From the NCBI GenBank assembly GCA_965223295.1, contig CBDCWC010000002.1, forward strand, positions 1,568,001 to 1,632,000: DNA of 64,000 nucleotides. The letters are read 5' to 3'. Of this stretch, positions 42,906-52,451 are shown in pieces. The translations under genes and the position numbers were made by a program. The notes beneath the pieces are model-generated. The model had not been told where the DNA came from. It saw only the letters and a program-made list of their open reading frames with translations, and ran no database searches. The DNA is from Nitrospirales bacterium (lineage in GTDB: Bacteria; Nitrospirota; Nitrospiria; Nitrospirales; UBA8639). The number at the start of each line of letters is the position of its first letter. Position 1 is the first letter of the stretch.

Positions 42906-44963
42906 ATGCAACAGCACTTCTCATGGAGTATCTCTCAAGGCCCATATCTCCGGCTCATGAGCGCCATAGCCGCTTTTACATGTATCATGAGCCTTTGTCT
43001 TGGGACGTCAAACTCCACGGCTTCATCGGATATACCGTCACCCGCAATCAATGAATTGACTTCCGGCATTCTTTCAGAAGACCTCCGTCAAGAACTTCAG
43101 TACCTTCAAGAAGAGGAAGTCATTACCGGAACATGGACATTACATCCTCTGAAAAACTCCCCGGTTCAAGTCAATATCATCACTGACCGAATGATGGAAC
43201 AAGCTGGAGCTACTCACATTCGGCAGACCCTGCAAGATGTTCCTGCCATTCAAATTCGACCGTTCGCCTCAGGCTTCGATTCTTTCCAACTCCAAGGGAT
43301 TCCAGATTCCCAAACCTTATTTATGGTGAATGGACAAGAATTAATTGGGAGCGTCGGAGGGCAACTCTTTACGCGAGGCTTGCTCGCCACTCCAGCATGG
43401 GAATCAATAGAAATTGTGAAAGGCGGCACGTCAGTCCAGTACGGCAGTAATGCAATTTCCGGCGTGATCAATCTCCGCACCAAGTCTGGCGTCGAAAACC
43501 TAGGAGGAACGGTTTTTGGTCAGTATGGGCGACATCAATCTCTCACAGTCTTTGGGGCTCCTGAATTTTCGGTGGGAAAGCTCAGCGGGTACTTTTCATT
43601 CGGCGCAACCAGATCAGACGGGTTCGATCTGACATCCAATCCCCGCACCGATGGGTCTCCTGAATTTTTAACCGCTTTGGCTAGCGGACAAGTCGAGTAT
43701 CGGCTCACCGACCATGTCAAACTGTCTGCGTTTTTGTTGTATACCAACGATACCCGCACAAGCCAACAAAACCCGACGTTGGCAATCCCCAGCAATCGAG
43801 AAAGTGAAACCGCAAACCGTCGTTTGCAAGCCGTGGTACGCATGGATTGGAACCTAGATACGGCATCAACGCTGACCCTCTGGGGACACTATCAAAACTT
43901 TTTTGATGGCGCGGAGGGTATACGACGAGATACGAATGCCATCATCAGGACCACCAGTCGCACCGAAGAACTCTGGGAGCCCCAATTTCAATATACCCGC
44001 TCCATCGGCTCCAGTCATTTGTTCACCCTCGGTGGAGAATATGATTTCCGCCGTGCCCGAGGAGATGCACAGCGGGGAGGCAACGCCTCCGTTGAAGAAG
44101 GAGCACTGTGGATTCAAGATGAAATAACCCTGACTCCATGGCTTCATATGCTGTTAGGAGGACGCTATACCTCCAATACTGATTCTGGAGGATTTTTTAG
44201 TCCACAAGCCAGCGTACTCGTGACTCCAGGGCAATGGCGTGGTCGCTTTAGTTATAGTCGCGGTTTTCGTAGCCCTGACTTGGCCGAAACTGATTTCCTC
44301 TTTGTTGAAACAGGAGGCTTCGGCGTCGTGGGCAATTCCAACTTGCGTCCCACGAAATCACACAGCTTTTTATTGAATCTTGAACGTGAATTTACAAGAG
44401 GCCAAATAGGCCTGACCCTTTTTCGTCACAAAGTCACGAACATCATAGACATTGTTAGCAATCAATGTTCGGCAGAGGAGATCGCAGCCCTAGGAATACC
44501 CTCCTTCCTCTGCTTCAAAGCCAGTAATGAGCAGGATATACGAAGTCAGGGCCTGGAAATTAATAGCACCGTCACACCCTGGTCATGGCTTTCAATGACG
44601 GCCGGCTATATGTATGTTGACGCGGTGGATCTTGATTCAGGCGCACAATTATTTGCCGTCTCACCCCATTCTTTCAAAACACGGGTTCGTTTCCACTGGC
44701 AACAATGGGACGCAACTATTCGCCTGAGGTACTTTTCCTCGTTTGGCCGATTCGACGCCAATGGAAATGGACGGGTCAATCAGAACGAGAAAGCACCTTC
44801 TAATACGCAGCTTGATCTCCGTCTTGCTCGCATGTTGAACCATCAATTCGAAATTTATGGTGGAGCAGAAAATCTGACCGGCGCCCGCATTAATGTCCGA
44901 AGTGTTGTGGTCCCTCCTGAAAGCGACCCCTTTTGGTTTTTTGGGATGCGCGCCCATTTCTAG
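42906..44963 (+). CDS. TonB-dependent receptor (start uncertain)
   Basis: Plug motifs IEIVKGGTSVQYGSNAISGVIN; GFRSP; NSNLRP; C-terminal Phe. Confidence 0.92.
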   Translation: MQQHFSWSISQGPYLRLMSAIAAFTCIMSLCLGTSNSTASSDIPSPAINELTSGILSEDLRQELQYLQEEEVITGTWTLHPLKNSPVQVNIITDRMMEQAGATHIRQTLQDVPAIQIRPFASGFDSFQLQGIPDSQTLFMVNGQELIGSVGGQLFTRGLLATPAWESIEIVKGGTSVQYGSNAISGVINLRTKSGVENLGGTVFGQYGRHQSLTVFGAPEFSVGKLSGYFSFGATRSDGFDLTSNPRTDGSPEFLTALASGQVEYRLTDHVKLSAFLLYTNDTRTSQQNPTLAIPSNRESETANRRLQAVVRMDWNLDTASTLTLWGHYQNFFDGAEGIRRDTNAIIRTTSRTEELWEPQFQYTRSIGSSHLFTLGGEYDFRRARGDAQRGGNASVEEGALWIQDEITLTPWLHMLLGGRYTSNTDSGGFFSPQASVLVTPGQWRGRFSYSRGFRSPDLAETDFLFVETGGFGVVGNSNLRPTKSHSFLLNLEREFTRGQIGLTLFRHKVTNIIDIVSNQCSAEEIAALGIPSFLCFKASNEQDIRSQGLEINSTVTPWSWLSMTAGYMYVDAVDLDSGAQLFAVSPHSFKTRVRFHWQQWDATIRLRYFSSFGRFDANGNGRVNQNEKAPSNTQLDLRLARMLNHQFEIYGGAENLTGARINVRSVVVPPESDPFWFFGMRAHF

Positions 44964-45058
44964 CAAGCCTCCTTTTCCGTCTGATTCTGGGCTGCTTTCC
45001 GTATAATGTAGACCGAGACCTTCGTGAAATGTTATCGACCGTTTAGTTATAATATCCC

Positions 45059-46021
45059 ATGGCTAACACAACTCGAGACTTTTACCGCATTTTAGGTGTC
45101 TCTAAGACGACTGATCAAAAAGAACTCAAGAAAGCCTATCGACGGCTGGCAAGAAAGTACCATCCGGATTTACATCCCGGAGACAAAAAGGCCGCGATGG
45201 AAAAGAAATTTCAAGAACTCAACGAAGCTTATGAAGTCTTGGGCGATGAGGAGACGCGAAAGAAATACGATCAGTACGGGCCAAATTGGAAAGAAGCCGA
45301 AGCCTATGAACGAGCCCGACAACAAGCAGGCAGCGCCTATCCTGGCGCACAACCTCACTCGGGGTTTTCTCAAGGCGGAGCTGATTTTGGTGATATTTTT
45401 GAAAACATGTTCGGGGGTGGAACACACCGACAAGGCTCTTCGTTCCGAGGCTTTGCCATGGCCGGAGCGGACCTGGAAACTGATCTGCCCATTTCCCTGA
45501 GAGAAGCCTATACCGGAACCAGTCGCACAGTGTCTTTACCTGATTCCACAGGAGGATCTCGACAAATTGAGGTTCGGATTCCTGGTGGGGTGCGAGACGG
45601 CGAACGTCTCCGTGTGAAAGGCAAGGGCGCGCCGGGCCGGGGTGGTGGACCATCCGGGAATCTCTTTTTCCGTGTACATATTGCCCCTCATCCAGTGTTT
45701 CAACGAAAAGATGCCGACATTGTCGTGTCTCTCCCTCTCTGGCCATGGGAAGCCATGTTGGGAACAGAAGTGCAGGTGCCCACATTGTCCGGACCAGTAC
45801 GCTTGAAAATTCCTCCAGGCAGTCAACCACAACAACGTATGCGATTAAAAGGAAAAGGGCTTCCGAAACGAAAAAACGGACATGGTGACCAATTTGTCGT
45901 GTTGAATATCGTTATACCACAAACGATTTCTCCTGAAGAACAACAACTCTATGAGCAATTAGCCAAGCATAATCATCCGGACCCCCGTTCATCCTTGCTT
46001 CATGAGGCCACCCATGACTGA
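45059..46021 (+). CDS. cbpA: DnaJ-class chaperone CbpA
   Basis: J domain with HPD; G/F region; DnaJ C-terminal domain without zinc finger; followed by a CbpM-like gene. Confidence 0.88.
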   Translation: MANTTRDFYRILGVSKTTDQKELKKAYRRLARKYHPDLHPGDKKAAMEKKFQELNEAYEVLGDEETRKKYDQYGPNWKEAEAYERARQQAGSAYPGAQPHSGFSQGGADFGDIFENMFGGGTHRQGSSFRGFAMAGADLETDLPISLREAYTGTSRTVSLPDSTGGSRQIEVRIPGGVRDGERLRVKGKGAPGRGGGPSGNLFFRVHIAPHPVFQRKDADIVVSLPLWPWEAMLGTEVQVPTLSGPVRLKIPPGSQPQQRMRLKGKGLPKRKNGHGDQFVVLNIVIPQTISPEEQQLYEQLAKHNHPDPRSSLLHEATHD

Positions 46022-46361
46022 CAAATCTCAACCAATCTTGGAAGAAGTCACGGCGGAAATTGTCACCCACGGTTTGTTGCGCCGGGAAGAAGTCTGCGCT
46101 CGACTAGGTATAGGAGATGATTTATTAGAAGTGTGTTTACGATGGGAAATTGTTCGTGTACCTGAGCCAAACGCTCAAGGTACCATTCTGTTTTCTCTTG
46201 ATGCGTTTGATCGACTGCAACGCGGTCTTCGCTTGCACCATGACCTGGGGATTAACTGGCAAGGCGTCAGTGTGGCATTGGAGTTACTGGAACGCATTGA
46301 AGAACTGGAACAACAAGTTCATCATCTCTCAACTCAACATGCCAAGCCTCTCGATATTTAA
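46014..46361 (+). CDS. cbpM: Chaperone modulator CbpM (MerR-like)
   Basis: [23 protein letters not shown]; overlaps the cbpA stop. Confidence 0.85.
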   Translation: MTDKSQPILEEVTAEIVTHGLLRREEVCARLGIGDDLLEVCLRWEIVRVPEPNAQGTILFSLDAFDRLQRGLRLHHDLGINWQGVSVALELLERIEELEQQVHHLSTQHAKPLDI

Positions 46362-46385
46362 CAACAACCCGCAACAGAACATTAT

Positions 46386-46574
46386 GGGTCTGTTGAAAAA
46401 ACCGCCAGCGGCATTCTCGTCATTGTTTCGTGTTCACGTACTGCCAGTACGCTCCGCGCGCAAGAATGGCTGCGGCATTGCTGGACGGACTTTTTTGAAC
46501 AGCCCCGAGCCTCTGACATGTGACGTCGCAGAGACGAAATGTGGCCGTTGATATCATCATTATTCAACAGGCCC
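46386..46574 (+). mobile_element. MITE family A copy 6 (189 bp)
   Basis: GGGTCTGTTGAAAAAA...TTATTCAACAGGCCC; direct repeat ATTAT on both sides. Confidence 0.88.
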
Positions 46575-46703
46575 ATTATCGCTGACGAGGCAATAACCGT
46601 TATAATTTTATATCAGGGGCCTCAAGACACTTACAAAGATAGTAGAGAGCAAACGACAGGAAAAATCTATTGGAACCGAAAAAGAGCGATCCGGGAAGAA
46701 ATT

Positions 46704-47408
46704 TTAGGGGCCAGCTCTTAATTGATGCCCCGTCAAACCATGATAGGCCTCATCAATCGTACTGACTGGAGACACATGCATCAGAAAAGGTGTACGCCAA
46801 TCACCATCTTGCTCATCATAGGCACTAGGGACAAAGACTCGTTGGAAATTGTGGTGATAAGCCGCTAAAAGCTTGAGTTGAATGCCACTGACCGGCCCAA
46901 TAACTCCATGGTCCGTTACCGTTCCAGTTAAGGTTCGCCCTTCAAGCACCTGATCGCCTTTGAGCATCGCCACGACACTCAACCCGACCATGGCCGACAA
47001 GCTTTCTCCATACATCGTCATCCCCGGATAAGGGAACCCTAATAAAATGGTCAATGATTTCCCGGAAAGATTTGCCCCACGTAACGAGCTGACAATGGCT
47101 TGATGAACGGATTTTCTGGCTAGTAGAGAAAAATTTCCAGGTTCCGTATGAAATTGAATTTGCAGCCCGTTCTGATCTTGCCGTTTGTATATATCAATTA
47201 TAATGTTCGAGACTCGACCCACTGGTTCGCGCTGTTTATTGAGAGAGACGCCTAAAATTGGAATGGTCAAATGAGGGATTTGCCGTGTTGATGGCTTCGC
47301 CCACAGACCTCCACTCAGACCGCATATCAAGACGAAAATGACACCACTCACAAGACACCAATAACGACCCTTCACACATCCTCCTATCTCAGGCTGTTCC
47401 ACACTCAT
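46704..47408 (-). CDS. Exported stand-alone Lon-like (S16) protease domain
   Basis: Signal/TM segment; GESLS (Ser), TGTV..G.IGPVSGIQLK (Lys). Confidence 0.75.
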   Translation of the reverse strand: MSVEQPEIGGCVKGRYWCLVSGVIFVLICGLSGGLWAKPSTRQIPHLTIPILGVSLNKQREPVGRVSNIIIDIYKRQDQNGLQIQFHTEPGNFSLLARKSVHQAIVSSLRGANLSGKSLTILLGFPYPGMTMYGESLSAMVGLSVVAMLKGDQVLEGRTLTGTVTDHGVIGPVSGIQLKLLAAYHHNFQRVFVPSAYDEQDGDWRTPFLMHVSPVSTIDEAYHGLTGHQLRAGP

Positions 47409-47565
47409 CCATTCGTCTATCTTTCATCATACCCCATTTTGTCTCAAATGTCGTAGGCATCCACAACGCCAATAAATAATATATGCCTCATCTTGCTACC
47501 GCACAGCAGAGCCCGGTAAGCCTCTCAAACACCTATTTCTCACCAAGCATCTCTCACCAAATAAA

Positions 47566-47744
47566 GGGCACTTATAAAAACCGGTGAGGTTGTGAGGGCA
47601 AGGAAGCCACGCGTGGAAAAACGCCGTGGACAGGCGAATACATGAGGGCGCACGGTGCGAAGAGCACCACGTTTGCCCATGCCGAAGTCGTGAGTACGCC
47701 ACTGACGCCACCATCAGGGAAAAGGATAGTTTTTAAAAGTGCCC
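47566..47744. mobile_element. MITE family B copy 2 (179 bp)
   Basis: Terminal inverted repeats GGGCACTTATAAAAA / TTTTTAAAAGTGCCC; direct repeat TAAA; shares internal blocks with 3621-3762. Confidence 0.8.
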
Positions 47745-48212
47745 TAAAGATCATTGGCGACCAACTATTGGTTCTGTCCAGACGTGGCAGAACAACATGA
47801 GACTCAAAAAATTAAGGAGGGTCCCTCAGAAAGTTTTCTCAAAAAACCCCCTTAATTTTCGTCTACTCGACACCCTCCCCATCAGACTCTCGAATAGCCT
47901 AAGTTCATACTCTTCATACCTTTTTTTCTGCCTCGTCTTATCCAAGTCACCTCAAACCCATGCCTTTTTCTTGCCCAGAATAAACGCTATCTTTTGTTTT
48001 TTCCATGTGCTAGGCTTTATCCTTCAAAGCTAGGGGCTTGGCTTTGAGCGAGCCGATCACTGAAGCCCGTAACCGGTGTTGTTTTGCCCGAGAGTTTCCT
48101 GGAAAGTGCCTGACCTCAGTCGCCTCAATCTCGCGTCCGCGGCCGCTCCCTTCCCATTGGTTGATGAATCTCGAGCCAAAAGCAATATCATTTTTTCAAA
48201 AGGAGGAACCCC

Positions 48213-48542
48213 ATGGGTTCAAAATTGTACGTAGGGGGATTGCCGTATTCCGCAACTCAGGACGAGTTAACGGAGTTGTTTGCGGCGCATGGGACCGTTC
48301 AATCAGCCAACATTATTAGCGACAAATTTACCGGACAATCTCGCGGATTTGGTTTCGTGGAAATGTCTTCGCAAGAAGAAGCCACAGCGGCCATAGAAGC
48401 GTTAAACTCCACAGAATTTGGTGGTCGAACATTAACAGTCAACGAAGCTCGCCCCCAAGCCCCACGAACCGGCGGCGGAGGACGCGGCGGATTTGGCGGC
48501 GGTGGAGGAGGGTTTGGCGACAAACGCCGCAGCCGCTTCTAA
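48213..48542 (+). CDS. RRM RNA-binding protein with Gly-rich tail (Rbp-like)
   Basis: RNP2 LYVGGL, RNP1 RGFGFVEM, RGG tail; AGGAGG RBS. Confidence 0.96.
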   Translation: MGSKLYVGGLPYSATQDELTELFAAHGTVQSANIISDKFTGQSRGFGFVEMSSQEEATAAIEALNSTEFGGRTLTVNEARPQAPRTGGGGRGGFGGGGGGFGDKRRSRF

Positions 48543-48567
48543 CGAACCTTGCAATATCGCTTACCAC

Positions 48568-48600
48568 AAAGAGGAGAGGTCATAAAGACCTCTCCTCTTT
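48568..48600. terminator. Bidirectional intrinsic terminator
   Basis: AAAGAGGAGAGGTC-ATAAA-GACCTCTCCTCTTT between convergent genes. Confidence 0.85.
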
Positions 48601-48629
48601 GTTTTTAATATGCTCATTGCCTTTTCAGA

Positions 48630-49760
48630 TTATTGAGGTTGCTCTAAGCCTGTAGAACGAGCAAGTGTGTTGGTACCTGCGACTTCCTCCTCAGAGTCTA
48701 AGGGAGCCATCCCCTTAAAAACAGCATCACTTAATTTCCGCTTTTTGACAAATTCGTTAGCAGCTCGACCCGTCGCAAAAAATTGCACATGTCGAGACCT
48801 ACTCGTATCAGGTGTAGCAAAGCTGTTATCGTTGTCCAAGGAAGCAAAGAAAGAAGGCACTTTCACTTCATACCAAGGGTTAAATGGTATTGGTTTCTTA
48901 TTTATATCGAGTTTAGGCGTACCATCCTCGTTCGCCAAAACCCGTTCCTCATTTTCGTTTAACACCACTTTCGTGTGCTTCCCATCTTCATCTACTTTAG
49001 GTTCCCCTTCTTCATCGGCTAAAACAAAATGACCACTATCGTTAAAAACTACCCTAGGTTGTCGTGGATTTTGATCCTGACATCCTTCCTTCGTCATTAC
49101 CGGTGGAATAGCTGACTCTTTTCGATTGTACCCAAGCTTCAAGTTCGTTGGGTACGGACCACCTGTACCATCCCATCCCACCTTAATTCCCACTGTCGTA
49201 TCCGTTGCGAAATAAAAGGCCCTTGTATTTTCGTCACCTTCTCCGAATAGCCAATGCCAAAACTTTTTCAGGGGAGGACGCGAGTCGGGTTTCTTGTCTA
49301 GACAAATCTCAGAATAAAGGCTGTCATCGTCTTCTGTTGAGGTCTCATCATTCTGAACAGGATCACTTCCTGAACCAACTGAACCTGTCGTAATGGCCTT
49401 ACTCGATAGACTCTCATCATCTGTTGTCGACTTTTCGCTTGACTCATTTTTTTTAGCTAGAAATACTGCCGCATCACCCCCTGCAAATAATGAGTTTAGG
49501 CCAGGGCTAAACAATCCTCCTGTTCGACCGAATGAAGCAATCAGCGGGGGCGTTTTCTCTTTTCCTACATTGTCTCTAAAAGCTGGCGCAATAGCCAACT
49601 CTCTTCTAGCGACGGTTATTTCTGCTGTTGGAGGTTTGTTTTCGACATCAAGACCCACATTGGTTTTTGTAACAAAAAGAATTCGGTCATATCCAAAGCA
49701 ACCGCTTAACAATGTCGAGCATAGAAGCATTGTCATACTCAATTTCAAGAAAGTAGTCAT
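48630..49760 (-). CDS. Uncharacterised lipoprotein with two homologous domains
   Basis: Lipobox LSGC; internal duplication (see findings). Confidence 0.85.
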   Translation of the reverse strand: MTTFLKLSMTMLLCSTLLSGCFGYDRILFVTKTNVGLDVENKPPTAEITVARRELAIAPAFRDNVGKEKTPPLIASFGRTGGLFSPGLNSLFAGGDAAVFLAKKNESSEKSTTDDESLSSKAITTGSVGSGSDPVQNDETSTEDDDSLYSEICLDKKPDSRPPLKKFWHWLFGEGDENTRAFYFATDTTVGIKVGWDGTGGPYPTNLKLGYNRKESAIPPVMTKEGCQDQNPRQPRVVFNDSGHFVLADEEGEPKVDEDGKHTKVVLNENEERVLANEDGTPKLDINKKPIPFNPWYEVKVPSFFASLDNDNSFATPDTSRSRHVQFFATGRAANEFVKKRKLSDAVFKGMAPLDSEEEVAGTNTLARSTGLEQPQ

Positions 49761-50173
49761 GGATGATCCTCCTTGTATTCAAGTGAATCTTTCAGTGCTG
49801 TATCGACAGAAGTTTTTGCCGGATAGGATCCTATCTTAAATTCAAAAAAGTCATTGCTTGGTGGTCGATCAATAGTTAGCGCAGTACTATCATCATAAAT
49901 AAGAATATGTTCACGTTGTGCCCACCCAATACTTATGCCCAATTCGCCATTATCTAAACCTAAAGCAAGCCCAGGTAAGGTTGTCCTCTGAATCAGTGCT
50001 TGCTTTTCATTTGAAGTAGGTGCCACCTTCATCGCAAGGTGACCAATACCCCAGATATGTTCAGCACCCGACTCACGGTCACGGTAATAAACTGCACACC
50101 CGCAGACATGCAAACTTACAATCAGTAGAATAAAAATTCTTAATGTCAGGCTGAACAGGAATGAGAGAACCAT
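49757..50173 (-). CDS. Uncharacterised lipoprotein
   Basis: Start at 50173 gives a signal peptide ending in VCGC; ATGA overlap with the downstream gene. Confidence 0.75.
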   Translation of the reverse strand: MVLSFLFSLTLRIFILLIVSLHVCGCAVYYRDRESGAEHIWGIGHLAMKVAPTSNEKQALIQRTTLPGLALGLDNGELGISIGWAQREHILIYDDSTALTIDRPPSNDFFEFKIGSYPAKTSVDTALKDSLEYKEDHP

Positions 50174-50215
50174 ATGGTACCGATCCGAAGTAGAGCCTTT
50201 GCTAAAAATAAAGCC

Positions 50216-50376
50216 TGCAAAAGTGAGACCCGGACATTGAATATCAGAAAGAGTGCTTAAAAAAGGAATTCCCCCCAGCAATAAACCCATAAGGTTATCG
50301 TGAATATCTCTTCTTAATCCAAATGATCACTGAAAATTTGTATCTAAAAAGATAAGTCCTGTATCTATTTGGATAA
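50216..50376 (-). promoter_or_regulatory. Sigma54-like promoter plus tandem upstream boxes
   Basis: Minus-strand GGGTCTCACTTTTGCA (50231-50216; GG-N10-GC). Boxes GTATCTAAAAAGATAA (50340-50355) and GTATCTATTTGGATAA (50361-50376). Confidence 0.7.
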
Positions 50377-50535
50377 TTTTTCGTGATTTTTAATGGAACG
50401 TATTCTGAACAGACCAATTGCTTGGCCTAATTTGAAAAAATAGGGGAGGTTTTAGTCTTAGAAAGGAATTAGGAGCAGAGCATTAGGACAGCGACTAATT
50501 TTGGGAAGAGACTGCTAAACGAACCTTCTATAAAA

Positions 50536-50658
50536 GCCATAGAGGCATTCAACTCCTCAGAATTTGGTTGACGTACCTTGACAATCAACGAGACCCACCC
50601 CTAAGCCCCACGCACCGGGGGCGGAAGGTTCGGACACAACGGTGGTAGCAGCTTCTGA
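50536..50658 (+). pseudogene. Decayed duplicate of the 3' end of the RRM (rbp) gene
   Basis: Translates AIEAFNSSEFG*RTLTINETHP*APRTGGGRFGHNGGSSF* versus AIEALNSTEFGGRTLTVNEARPQAPRTGGG...FGDKRRSRF*. Confidence 0.9.
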
Positions 50659-50678
50659 TACACATTCCATTCACAGAA

Positions 50679-50709
50679 AAGAGGAGAAGCCTTTTTGACC
50701 TCTCCTCTT
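50679..50709. terminator. Hairpin homologous to the rbp terminator; probably ends the lipase transcript
   Basis: AAGAGGAGAAGCCTTTTTGACCTCTCCTCTT. Confidence 0.7.
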
Positions 50710-50744
50710 GTGTTGTGTCAATTCTATTTTTGATGCCTATGGGC

Positions 50745-51920
50745 TTAGGGCAATTCTTTCAACAATGAAAAAATGTTCTTATAGAGCGTCTTCTGGGCTC
50801 CGATTAGACTGGGATCCGTGAAACACCCGAATCCAATATCCAGATGATCGAAGCTTCTGCCAGTGCTCTCTTTCACTTTTTCATAATACCACTTTCCTGG
50901 CTCAATTGGATTTCTTGTAAATATTCCCTCCCCTCCGACCGGGTGCTCTTTTCCCGTAAAGGGATAGCGTTGCGAGATGGAACTCACTGCTCCATCATTT
51001 TCTCGCCACTTCTCAATCACAAGATCGCCAGATCCCCAACTAGGAATTGGTGGATGATCAAAGTCCACGACAACTCCTTGATAAGCAGCCGTGGCTGCCA
51101 AGGAAGGATTCATTAACGGATCTGGATAATGATTAGAGGTCAGCCAACCTTTCGTGGTTTGTTCCGTGATAAAAGAGAGGTAGTAGGTCTGAGGGTCAGT
51201 TTGAAATCGTTGATTGGCTTCGTATCCCCCTTGAAGGGTGAGATCAAATGCTAAGTTATCCTTTCCTTTCGCATAGTTGCTGCGATCTATCTCAGCGACA
51301 ATATTTTTGAAATTCCCGCCTTTCCCTTTTCCAATCCATTGATCCAGGTCAAAATCAAAAATATTCTCAATGGACCCTCCACCGGCCATCGCAAAAAACT
51401 GAATGGCTTTCCCCAGAACAGGACCCAAAGAACCGACTAACAAGCCAGATTGTTTATCACAGCCCAACATATAGGGGAGCGTCGACCCATTCAAGACCGC
51501 AGACAAACACACCACCGCTTCGATCCATTGGGCGTTGGAACCCCATCCCCAGAAATCATCAGCCAACAACTGCTGCAATCGCAACGCGGTATGGCCTCCA
51601 GCACTATGTCCAATAATGATGACTGGGTTATCTTCTGACCAATCTGGAATCAACCCTTTCCCTGTATAATCATCAGAAAATCGGCTATGTTTTTCGGCTT
51701 CACCATGCGAGGCACCATAGTCAATATGCGTACCTTTGATTTGGGCACCCACTTCACAAGCGCGATCATGAAAGGAACTGACCGGTCCGCAACTCGCCTC
51801 ATGTACCGTAAAACCTTGGTGATCGACCTCGCCAGCATACCCCCAGTACGGCAAACCGCCTAACTCCTTTTTGCCCCAACCAAATAAACCGTGGATTAAG
51901 ACAGTATGCTGTGATTTCAT
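50745..51920 (-). CDS. Lipase (Staphylococcus/Geobacillus family I.5/I.6-like), no signal peptide
   Basis: HGLFGWG, GPVSSFHDRACE, GHSAGG, WRENDG and DHLDI motifs. Confidence 0.9.
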   Translation of the reverse strand: MKSQHTVLIHGLFGWGKKELGGLPYWGYAGEVDHQGFTVHEASCGPVSSFHDRACEVGAQIKGTHIDYGASHGEAEKHSRFSDDYTGKGLIPDWSEDNPVIIIGHSAGGHTALRLQQLLADDFWGWGSNAQWIEAVVCLSAVLNGSTLPYMLGCDKQSGLLVGSLGPVLGKAIQFFAMAGGGSIENIFDFDLDQWIGKGKGGNFKNIVAEIDRSNYAKGKDNLAFDLTLQGGYEANQRFQTDPQTYYLSFITEQTTKGWLTSNHYPDPLMNPSLAATAAYQGVVVDFDHPPIPSWGSGDLVIEKWRENDGAVSSISQRYPFTGKEHPVGGEGIFTRNPIEPGKWYYEKVKESTGRSFDHLDIGFGCFTDPSLIGAQKTLYKNIFSLLKELP

Positions 51921-52078
51921 AACTTGCTTCCTAGATCAGACCTATCCTGCTTCATCTTCACGACAATCTATTTTCCAACAGCACACGGGCTCCCATCCCG
52001 ATTCTTACTGTTTTCAACAAATTCAACTAAATAACGGCACACTAGACGAGCTCACCCTTCACTCACTCCCAAAACTCA

Positions 52079-52402
52079 CTAAACAATTACTTTGGCAACT
52101 TTTTCAGCAATGGCAATCACGCGAGCACCTCGATGTATAATGACAGATACATTTTTCAGTTTCTTCTTTTCACCTTTCAGTTCTTTCGTGATATCTGCAA
52201 GGGCTTTTCTCGCGTCAGTAATTTCAGTATTAGTCTGCCCCGCGCGTATGTCATCAATCTTTCTCCACCATTTGGTCATAGCCTTAATTTGACTATTGAT
52301 TGCCGCGCGATCGATCGAATCAGTAATTTTTTCTCGAATCGCGCCTAAATCTAAGATAATTGTCGCAAGTTCGTCTAAAAATTCCTCAGGGGTAGTCACC
52401 AT
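52079..52402 (-). CDS. Small helical hypothetical protein
   Basis: AGGAGA before the ATG at 52402; amphipathic heptad pattern. Confidence 0.75.
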   Translation of the reverse strand: MVTTPEEFLDELATIILDLGAIREKITDSIDRAAINSQIKAMTKWWRKIDDIRAGQTNTEITDARKALADITKELKGEKKKLKNVSVIIHRGARVIAIAEKVAKVIV

Positions 52403-52451
52403 TGTTTTCTCCTTTGCTGCTAAACGCTTCGCGGGAAGCACCTGTTTTCAT

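Noticed and set aside
50174-50290. Long start for the small lipoprotein
   Set aside because: It buries the signal peptide and overlaps the predicted promoter.
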